A stretch of 64,000 nt of DNA from Selaginella moellendorffii. Its lineage: Eukaryota; Plantae; Lycopodiophyta. The DNA lies in contig NW_003314337.1 in the NCBI RefSeq assembly GCF_000143415.4, forward strand, positions 373,036-437,035, written 5' to 3'. The notes beneath the pieces are model-generated. The model was given only the letters and a program-made list of their open reading frames with translations. It had not been told where the DNA came from and did not search any database. Position numbers and translations under genes: made by a program. Of the stretch, positions 12,142 to 21,908 are shown piece after piece; the first letter of the stretch is position 1; the number at the start of each line of letters is the position of its first letter.

Positions 12142-12573
12142 ATGGCGCTCCTGCTGAAGAATCTATGGCGGCACAGAGATCTGGGTCGCTCCTCGCTCGA
12201 CTCCAGGTGCCTGCTGCTCGCGGCAGCTAAGAATTTCGCGACGGATTCCTCGTGGCCAGTGTTTGACAACAAGAATGTAGTGCTCTCGTTTCTAGACAGG
12301 GGAAGGATGCTCAAGCTGCGGTTCCAGGATCAAGAGGAGTTCCAGATGTTCTTGGAGAGGGCGAATGCGGTGGGCGCGACTCCGCCGGACGAGCCGAATT
12401 GCATCACCAGCAAGCTGTGCGAGTTGGATCCGCGGCGAATCCATGTGTTGGTGGACAGTAAGATTGTGAGCAAATACGCAAAGAAGCTCGCGAGGGAGAA
12501 GGCCGAGAAGCAAGGCTGCCCTTCGGACTTTGTTACATTCCTGGACAAGGACTACAAGGTCGACGATGATTGA
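12142..12573 (+). CDS. Intronless, probably organelle (mitochondrion)-targeted protein of unknown function (paralogue B)
   Basis: 143-aa ATG ORF; FDNKNV..GR..L.FQ.Q.EF..PDEP..IT..L.ELDP domain shared with paralogue A. Confidence 0.85.
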   Translation: MALLLKNLWRHRDLGRSSLDSRCLLLAAAKNFATDSSWPVFDNKNVVLSFLDRGRMLKLRFQDQEEFQMFLERANAVGATPPDEPNCITSKLCELDPRRIHVLVDSKIVSKYAKKLAREKAEKQGCPSDFVTFLDKDYKVDDD

Positions 12574-13268
12574 AAGGTTTGTTCTCAAGGTTTTTGGATA
12601 TAATGAGGAGTTGTGTACTACATTTTAACCAATGATCAAAGCAATGCAACCCCTTTGGTTGCATTAGGGCATAACATCCGTACCAAATGGTCCAAATTCG
12701 TGTACGGCAAACTGGGGCTACTTAGTTGTGTGCTTCTTTAGTTCTTATTTTCCAAACGTTGGCGTGACTTTGGCGCAGCGCCTTGGCTTCGTCGCGGCGC
12801 AATCCCTAGGAGGATGGGGAGGAGGAGCAACGCGATGTCGATCGAGCGACAACGTCGCAAACTTTAGTTTGATGCCCAGGTATTCCTGTAGAGTAACTAG
12901 GGATAGGTTGCTGGAAGCATCGCTCGCTAGATCAGGGCGCCCCGACTTAATCCTGGTAAGTTTTTTCCAAATTTTCAATGCCAGGGAATTCTTGCTTGCG
13001 TGCCTTGGGTTGTGTGTGTGATCGTAAGTCCTGCCTGAGACGGAATTTGCAGTGCTGCAAAACTTAAGAAATTCTGGATTTTGTTTTCTTCTTTCTTTTT
13101 CTCGCTTGCTTTTTAGGTTTGTGAGTTCTTCCGAGACGCATGCAAGTGCTTTTGCTTTGTCAGTTTTTGTTCCTTGGTTTTCTTCTTTCGTTCGTTCTTT
13201 TCTTTTTTTCGTCCGAGAAAAGCTGTTTATCTTCCCTTTGTTTTTTTTTTCTTTCTCAGAGTGGTTTT

Positions 13269-13368
13269 NNNNNNNNNNNNNNNNNNNNNNNNNNNNNNNN
13301 NNNNNNNNNNNNNNNNNNNNNNNNNNNNNNNNNNNNNNNNNNNNNNNNNNNNNNNNNNNNNNNNNNNN
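13269..13368. other. Assembly gap (100 N)
   Basis: Run of N. Confidence 1.
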
Positions 13369-15166
13369 CGTTCAACTGGATGCTTCCAGGCCCGAGAAAA
13401 GGGCCCGCTGTGACGAGTGGTCGTTTGCCGAGACCTCCAACCCAAGCAGAGATGGAGAGGCAGCACCTCAAGGAGCCCTTCCTTCGTCGCCTCGGTTGGA
13501 ACAGCAGCCGCTAGACACGGATCGTCCCGAAGACAAAAGCTTCGAGAAGGAAAAGTCCTGTGAACAAGATGGAGACGAGTGCCGGACGTCCAAAGAGAAA
13601 GAAACTCCGGCGGAAGCGGCTGCGGACCAGAAGAGCTTGCGACACTTTTCGAGGGCGAGGCAACCAAAAGCTCGGGTATCAGCCGCCGAGGCTTCTGCTC
13701 CTCAACAGGGTGCAGAGAACCCTTCGGATGCGTCGTCAACTTCTCTAGAAAACAACAACGTCCACAAGGAAGCGAAGAACAGGAGATACGATTTGAGACA
13801 CTCTTACGTTGATATTTACCAGATCCCGGAAGAGTTACGCTGCTTCGTGGATGAGGAGGAGGAGGAGGAGGAACTTCCGGATAAAAAGGCCAAGATCCGG
13901 AGGAGGAGCAGGCAGGAGAAATCATCGAAAACTCGGTTGAACAAGGATAAGGTGGAAATGATCGAGGAGTGCCTGAATTTCATGGAACAGATGGGACTTT
14001 TCAAGAGCAGTGTTTTGGTGGAAGAGAGCTCCGTAGTGGCTGTCCATCCGGGGAGCGTTGGCGATGGAAGTGCTACCGCCGAGAACTGTAGAGTTTGTGG
14101 ACGGCCCGGGAATGCAAACTCAACACTGGTATGTGATACGTGCGAGGAGACGTATCATCTCTCCTGCTGCTACCCGAGGATCAGAAGCGTGCCAAGAGAT
14201 GATCGCTGGCTCTGCAGCTTTTGCACGAGGAAACGCAAGAAGAAGACAGCCGAGCTGAAGATATTCCCGGCGGGACATTTTGAAGAGAAGCTTCCTGCAG
14301 CTTGGAAGATCGACAAGACTAAAGTTCGTGGCTGGGACTTGCAGCGCATGGAGAGAACTCAAGTTCGTGTTGGAGATGAGTTTCAGGCAGTTGTTCCGGA
14401 ATGGTGTGGCAAAGTTTCGTACGAGGATGTGTAAGTTCTCTCCGGTTTCCTTTTTTTTCCGGTCTTTAACGTATGGTTTTTCTTGTGCAGTCGACCAGAT
14501 TATCCAGGTCTTGAGGCTCCTCGCAGTCTGGCGGAGAAATTAAAAGAGAAAGACCAGGCCGAGCAAACTGTTGCTGCTGTAAGCTACTACTCTTTTTTTT
14601 TATTCTTTGCTGATGTTCTTTCTATCACCAGAATATTTGGCCCATGGGATGGATACCAGCTAGGAGCTTGCCTGAAAACGAACGAGAAAACTGGGTGCAA
14701 TGCCAAAACATCATCTATGAAGAGGGCGATTATCTTCCAAGCGGAGAAGTGGCAAACAAGGACATAGTTTGCGGCAAATGGCGAAGGTATTCTCTCATGC
14801 AAAAAGCTCTGTAAGTTACGTGAGATATCTTTTTTTCCTTTCCAGGGCTCCTTTACACATTGTCGCCGATGATGGATGGGAATGTTCGTGCGCTGTTGCA
14901 TGGGATCCTCGTCACGCTGATTGTGCGGTACCACAGGTCTGAAAGCTCATTCTAAGACATTCCAGAGTTTTGTGTTGATAGTTCTCTCTCGTGTAGGAAA
15001 TCCCCACTGAAGAGATCAGAAAGAGACCGAAAGCTCGAATGCAATCTCCTGGCGAGGTAAAAATTCCCGGAAAAATGTAGCGATTGTTCTTAGTTGCTTC
15101 TGGCAGGAATGGAAAAACTCGGGAAGACGAGGCAGAGCAAACCAAAACATGACAGAGTTGTATTGA
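13369..15166 (+). CDS. PHD finger + ELM2 + CW-like zinc-finger chromatin protein; 5' end hidden by the gap
   Basis: CRVC..CDTC..YHLSC..WLCSFC (PHD); QVRVGDEFQAVVPEW (ELM2); NWVQC..CGKWRR|AP..WECSCAVAWDP.HADC. Confidence 0.85.
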
Positions 15167-15673
15167 TTTTCGCACGTAAGTGTCGTTCACCATCGTGCTT
15201 GATCGATCTCGATTATTTTCTCTTAAGTTTGTAAAGGAAGAGGATTTTTGTTTGTCTTCTTCCCTTCACGATGGTTTGGGAAGGAAGAAAAGAATGGACA
15301 AAGATACATCATCTGGAATCCAACGGCTAGGATTGGGCTATTTTTTGGACTATGCTGCTATAACAAGGAGCTGAGCGACCTAATGTGAATGGAAGAGGAG
15401 GCGAGCGCCGGGACGACACTGCCGCCGCGGCCGCCGCTCCTCGAGGTAATCGCCAAGACCGTCCTCCCCAGCGCCGGCATTTGGAAATCTCTCCTGGAAT
15501 CGGCAAGAAAGTGGAGCTGAGAGATCCGTTGCGGCGGGGCGGATTTTTGAGCTCCCGGGGATGCTTCTCTTGGAATTCACGGTTTCTCGGGGCCGGGAAG
15601 CGAGATTCTAGGGCTGGGGCGAGCTAGGAATGCGGATCAGCTCCTCCCGGTGATTGCTCTCTCGTCGCTAGCA

Positions 15674-17317
15674 ATGAGGCGACCACCGTACAGTGTCCGG
15701 AGGCGGAGGAGGCTCTCGCTCGTCTCGATTTGCCTCTCGATTGGCCTGCTGGGACTGCTCATTGTGGCGCTCTTTGGATTATCCAAACATCCAGCTCCAA
15801 TAGCTCCGGTGAGTGCCTGGAATTCCCTTTTTTTTCTTGGCTGTTCTTACTTTTTCGTCTGTGCTTTCCAGCCAACGAATCAACCTCTTGACGTGGTCAT
15901 AGCCGATTCATTTAATCTCACGGAAGAGCTCCTGGATGTTCGCTCATACGCTCGGCAGCTTGGAGATCAGATGGTTCTAGCAAAGGCTTACTTGGTCATC
16001 GCCAAAGAGAACAGCAACTTGCAGCTAGCCTGGGAGTTGAGCGCACAGATCAGGGCCTGCCAGCTTCTCTTCTCACAGGTAGCAACGAGAGCGTCGCCAA
16101 TCACCGCCGCCGAGGCCGAGCCGATCATGAAGCAGCTGGCGTCGCTCATTTACCAATCGAGAGAGCTTCACTACGACATCGCCACGGTGATCATGAAGTT
16201 CAAGGCGCAGATCCAAGCGCTCGAGGAGCGTGCCAGCGCCGCCACCGTCCAAAGCACCACCTTTGGTCAGCTCGCTGCCGAGGCCGTCCCAAAGAGCCTC
16301 TACTGCCTGGGGATGCAGCTGACGCTCGAGTGGGCCGAGACGCGAGGGGAGCTCTCCAAGCAGCAGCACTCCCCGGCCTTGACGGACCAGGACCTCTATC
16401 ACTTCGTGGTCTTCTCGGACAACATCCTGGGGACCTCGGTGGTGATCAACTCCACGGTTTGCAACGCCAAGCGGCCGACGCAGCTGGTTTTCCACCTCGT
16501 GACGGACAGCGTCAACTTTGGCGCCATGAGAGTCTGGTTTGCTCAGAACGACTTCAAGGGGGCGACGATCGAGGTCCAGAACATCGACACGTTTACGTGG
16601 TTGAACGCGTCCTACGTGCCGGTGCTCAAGCAGCTCCAGGACGTCGAGACGCAGAGCTACTACTTCAAATCCGGGCAGGAGAGCAAGAACGCGGTCAAGT
16701 TCCGGAACCCGAAGTACCTCTCCATGCTCAACCACCTGCGCTTCTACATCCCGGAGATTTACCCGGAGCTCAAGAAGGTGGTGTTCCTGGACGACGACAT
16801 CGTGGTGCAAAAGGACCTCACCCCGCTCTTCTCCATCGATCTCCACGGCAACGTCAACGGCGCCGTGGAGACGTGCCTGGAGAGCTTCCACCGCTACCAC
16901 AAGTACCTCAACTTCTCGCACCCCAAGATCAAGGCCAACTTCGACCCGGACGCGTGCGGCTGGGCGTTTGGCATGAACGTCTTCGACCTGGTGGCGTGGA
17001 AGAGAGCCAACGTTACAGCCCGGTACCACTACTGGCAGGAGCAAAACGTGGACAGGACGCTGTGGAAGCTGGGGACGCTGCCGCCGGGATTGCTCACTTT
17101 CTACGGCCTCACGGAGCCGCTGGATCGCAAGCTGCACGTCCTGGGACTGGGATACGATCCAAACATCGATGCCCAGCTGATCGAGAGCGCCGGGGTGGTG
17201 CATTTCAACGGGAACATGAAGCCGTGGCTCAAGCTGGCCATGAGTCGCTACAAGCCGCTGTGGGAGAGGTATGTAAATTACTCGCACGCCTACGTCCAGC
17301 AGTGCAACATCCATTGA
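15674..17317 (+). CDS. Galacturonosyltransferase (GT8), GAUT10/11-like; probable 63-bp intron at 15809-15871
   Basis: N-terminal TM anchor; LAKAYLVIAKENSNLQLAWELSAQIR; HFVVFSDN; FLDDDIVVQKDL; LWKLGTLPPGL; HFNGNMKPW. Confidence 0.95.
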   Translation: MRRPPYSVRRRRRLSLVSICLSIGLLGLLIVALFGLSKHPAPIAPVSAWNSLFFLGCSYFFVCAFQPTNQPLDVVIADSFNLTEELLDVRSYARQLGDQMVLAKAYLVIAKENSNLQLAWELSAQIRACQLLFSQVATRASPITAAEAEPIMKQLASLIYQSRELHYDIATVIMKFKAQIQALEERASAATVQSTTFGQLAAEAVPKSLYCLGMQLTLEWAETRGELSKQQHSPALTDQDLYHFVVFSDNILGTSVVINSTVCNAKRPTQLVFHLVTDSVNFGAMRVWFAQNDFKGATIEVQNIDTFTWLNASYVPVLKQLQDVETQSYYFKSGQESKNAVKFRNPKYLSMLNHLRFYIPEIYPELKKVVFLDDDIVVQKDLTPLFSIDLHGNVNGAVETCLESFHRYHKYLNFSHPKIKANFDPDACGWAFGMNVFDLVAWKRANVTARYHYWQEQNVDRTLWKLGTLPPGLLTFYGLTEPLDRKLHVLGLGYDPNIDAQLIESAGVVHFNGNMKPWLKLAMSRYKPLWERYVNYSHAYVQQCNIH

Positions 17318-17563
17318 TTTGAGGGAGAGAGCGAGAGCGAGAGCTTCTTATATTTTTTTGGTTGACGACTCGGGTTCCTTCCTCTTTCTTCTTTTTTTCG
17401 TTGAGAGAGAGAGAGCCACTGTGCTGGCTGCTTAGAAGGGAGGAACCAAGGAGAAAACTTCTCGCAGGAGATTCTTTTGATTCACGGTCGTCGCTTTGAT
17501 TGATTGCTCGTAGATCGATCACAGCGTCGCTAGTTTTGATTTTGTTTTGCGTCCTTTTATTCT

Positions 17564-19929
17564 TTACGTGCTTTTCATCGCTTCGATTGCTACTGCTTTG
17601 CTTTTCTTCTTCTCTGCCGCTGCCTGGATAGCCGTAGTGGCGATTGTGGCGATTATGTCTTTGACAGTGCAGCCCCGGCTTAGATCATTGACGGGCTTCC
17701 GGAGGCCTTGGAGGATAGGACCAATGACAGTAGCTCCAGTGTGCTACAAGAAAAAAAAAAACAAAAACAAAAAGAGAAAAAAAAATTCCGCGATTAAAAC
17801 AGAGTTTTTGCTTACCTGCTGTACAACTTTGCATGCAATGTTGCTGGAATTCAAATCTGGAAAGATGAATACGTTTGCCTGTGACACACGATTCACACTA
17901 AGAGAAAAAAAACAGAAGTTTCGAATCCTATAGCTTACTTTTCCAGCAACTTCGCTATTCTTTCCTTTAAGCTTGATCTTTGCGGCCGCCGCATTGACCG
18001 CTGCATCATACTGCACACATGCAGCAAAGAGATAAGATCATCCTTGGGATCGTGGCAAACAAATACTGGCAGCACCTGGAATGGTCCCTCGAGTAATAAA
18101 TCCGGGCGTCTGGATCTTGCGATGCTGGCAGCGTCCGCGACCTTTTGTACAAGTGGGCCTAGTTTCACAAGTAGAAAATATGTCAAGGCCAGATTTCCAT
18201 TCTCAGTACCTGCATTGGAGTCTCCAGTTGCGTAAGAGAGCAATGCAACGCGAGGTTCCAATCCAAAAGCCGTGACCGTGTCAGCAGATGCGATTGCTAT
18301 CGTCGCGAGCTCGTCAGCAGACGGGCTTGCGTTGATGGCAACGTCGGCATAGGCCACGACTGCGTCTTCGAGACATATGAACATTACGCTGCTGACGATT
18401 GGCGTCGCTGGATCCGTCTAGACGTCGCTGCTTGTTTAGATCTTTTGCGTCTGAGACTGTCTTTACCTTGATAATTTGCAGAGCGGGACGAACGGTGTTG
18501 GCGGTGGTGTGGACTGCTCCGCAGACCATCCCGTCTGCGTCTCCGGCAGACACCATGCAAGTTCCCAGAGTGATCGGATCGTTGCCAAGAATTTCTCTTG
18601 CTTTTTCCAACGTCATTCCCTGAGCAATGAAGATCGTAAGACGCTGCTCGTAAAATGAGAAACTTTACCTTGTGTTTGCGTGTTTGATAGTACACTGTCG
18701 CGTACTTCTCCAGCTCTTGCGGGTCGGACGGATCTTTGATAATGGCCGAGCGTAAATCGACATTGGACACCTTGGCAGCCTCAAGAAGTTTTTCTCGCTC
18801 TCCCAAAAGGATTAAACTGCACAACCCGTGTTGGAGAATAAATCCTGCAGCTTGAACCGTTCGCGGCTCATCACCCTGCACTATTTTTCAGCAAGTAAAT
18901 ATTTTGGAAACGAAAAAGCAAAAACGTATGAAGCTTACCTCTGGCAGCAGTATGACTTGATTGTTTTCTTTCGCTCTAGAAAACAAAGAGTTTCTGAACA
19001 GCAGTGGACTCACTCGAGCTGCATTTTCCTTTAAACACAAGTGTAGTTGTGAAATCGAGAATGAAATTTCAAGCTACATACCTCTGGCATGTTTCGTTTT
19101 AAAGCCTCCATCTCAATGTTATTGGCAAACGCTTTCTGGAGAACAAAGTAGATAGTTATATCAAGCTTTAGCCAATGCGAAGAATTTACCACCGGGTTTT
19201 CACGTTCATCGAAGCCTGGAAGTGCTCCCACGAACTGAAGTTTCCACTTTGAAAAGACTTTTCTCATATCTGGAGCGTCAGAAGATCCATATACAAAACC
19301 TCCCACAACTCTGACCTTCAGCTTTTCAAAAGCAAGAGCGCTGCATCGAGTGTAAGTTGCTATTTCTGTGGCCCAGTCCTGCAAATTCCCTGCGTGATCC
19401 TTACTGCTCCATAGTTGACGAAGAGCGTCTACATTGGTCGCAAGGAGCACTGGCGATCCAAGAGCACTGGCAATGTGAGCGTCCAAAGCACTCGCATCTC
19501 TACAAAACTGTGTTCCTTCGATCAGCACACACTCGTGCCTTCTCTTGAGCTCTTCGTAAGCTGGACAGGAAAGATCATAAACGAGGAAAGGAAGAAAAGA
19601 GACACATGGACAAAAAGAAGTAACTTACCGACGTAAATTTGCTCCAGCATCTCGTCCAGATCGCCATTCGCGAGAAATTCTAGCGCTTTTCTTCGATCGA
19701 TCCCCCACATTGTATCGAAACCCTTCACCGCGTCAGCGTTTGCCGCCCCGACAGGTCTAAAATACCCCACATCGCGTTCGAGCACTCGGAGAACGCCCAA
19801 CAATCCCACCCTGACCGCTCTAGCAGCACGATCGTCGGCCTCGGTGACTGTCCGGTGCAGATAGAGCGTGTGGAAATCTCGATTCCTCCTCCAGCAGTAG
19901 CCGGAAGCTCGCGCAATTTGCCTCAACAT
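17564..19929 (-). CDS. pta: Phosphate acetyltransferase (phosphotransacetylase) with N-terminal extension, multi-exon, likely mitochondrial presequence
   Basis: [10 protein letters not shown]; [25 protein letters not shown]; VALLSYATG; EGPFQ|YDAA; FIFPDLN; [23 protein letters not shown]; N-term VGYFRPV, LIEGT. Confidence 0.93.
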
Positions 19930-19968
19930 CGAGGAACCCTAAAATCCTAGAGAAGTGAAATTAGGGCG
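19930..19968. promoter_or_regulatory. 39-bp ATG-to-ATG divergent spacer with opposed telo-box-like motifs
   Basis: AACCCTAA at 19935 and TTAGGG at 19961. Confidence 0.65.
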
Positions 19969-20932
19969 ATGGCGAGTAGCGAGGGCGCCCCGGCTCCATC
20001 GTTTCTGGTAAGTTCTCTTCCTTTTCCGGTCGATCCCACGGCTCCATTGATTGCAGCCTCTAGAGGCCGGCGCCGCCGGGAGCTCCAAGAAGAGGAAGCA
20101 GCGGAGCTCTTCTTCCCGGATTCTCACAGAATTCGATGAGCAAGGCAAGAGAAGATCTTCTGTGGTCTACATTGGAAGGATTCCACACGGTTTTTATGAA
20201 GATCAAATGCGAGGTTGTGTTTTTTTTTTCGGCTTTGCTGGATGGATCACTGACTTGTTCATGTAGGATACTTCTCTCAATTTGGGGCTGTGACACGACT
20301 ACGCCTTTCTCGCAATAAGAAGGTTCTCGTGAATGTTTGTCCCGTGAAACCTTCCTTTACACTTTTCTTCTCTCTTTGCAGACTGGAAAGTCTAAGCACT
20401 ACGCTTTTGTAGAGTTTGAAACGCCAGAGGTAAGAGCTAAACGTTTTCTCACATTGTGATAGCCTTTAAATTATCCCCAGATTGCTCAAATCGTCGCCGA
20501 GAGCATGAACAACTATCTCATGTTTGGAAGGATGCTTCAAGTAAAGATTGTTCCGACTGATCAAATCCATCCATCTTTGTACGTTTTCTTTTTCTCTCGA
20601 TGTGCCTGCTGACGTATTTTTGTGCAGATGGAATGGAGCAAACAAGAAGTTCTACTTACCTTCCAAAACTAAGACCAACGAGGTGAGTATCTATAGATGT
20701 GATGCTCATATACCAGGAAGCTTTTTTTTAGGAGATGAGTTTAGAACGAAGGCAGCGCTTGGTGGAAAAATTCGCGCGCAAGGATAAAGCACGGCGGACA
20801 AAACTACAGGCTCTTGGCTACGATTACCCAGAAATTGTGAGTATCATAGTAGGGATCGATTATAGAAAATGCTGACACTCGAACTTCCAGGAAATATCAA
20901 ATCTAGCGCCTACGAAGACGAGGTTTGATTAA
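19969..20932 (+). CDS. Nucleolar RRM protein, NIFK/Nop15-like, multi-exon
   Basis: VVYIGRIPHGFYEDQMRG|YFSQFGAVTRLRLSRNKK|TGKSKHYAFVEFE..AESMNNYLMFGRMLQV; C-term ALGYDYPEI. Confidence 0.92.
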
Positions 20933-21110
20933 AACACGAGAAACATTTGAAGCATAGAGTTTTTCTTTTTATGAGGATGAATGCTTAGAAATTCTTCATT
21001 TTTAGTATGAAAAAATATCTTTTAATGATCCCTTTTTTAAAATTAAAGTAGTGGTTCTTAAAACTATTTATTTAATTTTACATTAACATAAGCTCCACTT
21101 AAAAGCTGCA

Positions 21111-21640
21111 CAGACCACCTGATTATGTTTCAAATCCTGTTAGATCTCTCCAGTGCAAAAAGTGGTAGGCTCCTCTACTGCTTTGTGGATTTTAAGAAAG
21201 CCTTTGACATTGTACTGAGACACTTGTTATTCTAACAATTAAAGGAACTCAGTGCACCAGCCAATATTGTCAATGTCATAAAGCACTTTTACACCTGCAT
21301 TCAAATTGAGCTCACTGGACAATCAGCAGTCCCTTGTGACGCCAGATTCAAGCAAGGGTGCCCACTCTCCCTGACATTGTCTAGCATTTACATTGATGTG
21401 TTAACTGGCCAAGCATGAGCTTTCCACCACCTAGATTGCTGGTCTTCATCTCAACCCAGGTCACTAGTCTTCATCTCATGCACAATATATGCTAACAATT
21501 TTGTTACTCTTTACTATAACAGAAAAGAAGATCCAATGGCAGTTAGAGGCCCTCAAGGAATTCTGCTAGGACATAAGACTCAAGAGCAACCTGATCAAAA
21601 CACAAATGTAATCTTCAGCTTGAAAACAAGCCACACACCG
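21111..21640 (+). mobile_element. Degenerate non-LTR (LINE) reverse transcriptase fragment
   Basis: TDHL..YCFVDFKKAFDIV..*..KQGCPLSLTL..; YADD decayed to YANN; stops present. Confidence 0.85.
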
Positions 21641-21908
21641 CTTTGCAAGTTACCACTTACAAGTAATTCAGTTATCACCTTCACCATTAGTGAACATGGA
21701 CCACTGGAGTAGTACAACACAAAGCCGCAGCTGGACAGGCATATTACAACCTATTGAACTCGCTCTACCAAGCAGCCATGTACCAGTGGGATGCATGAAA
21801 GGAAACACTATCAAGCTAGGGTTAACACCACCCTGTTACATGGTTGCACCCCCCAGCCATGGGCTGAAGGACTGCAGCTCCATTGTTTCGAACAACGTGG
21901 ACAAGTCA

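Noticed and set aside
11294-12573. Assignment of the paralogue pair to the MORF/RIP family
   Set aside because: Only a GVMLPD~WVLPD resemblance and a low-complexity linker; the MORF HWLIVM and YTGF motifs are absent.
13052-13268. Phe-rich N-terminus of ORF 13052..14434 as coding
   Set aside because: T-rich intron-like sequence read through an N gap.
16073-17322. Long antisense (413 aa) and alternate-frame (330 aa) ORFs over GAUT
   Set aside because: Expected shadows of a GC3-rich exon; no recognisable motifs.
17564-19929. PTA as bacterial contamination or very recent HGT
   Set aside because: Many spliceosomal introns, a targeting peptide and tight linkage to plant genes.
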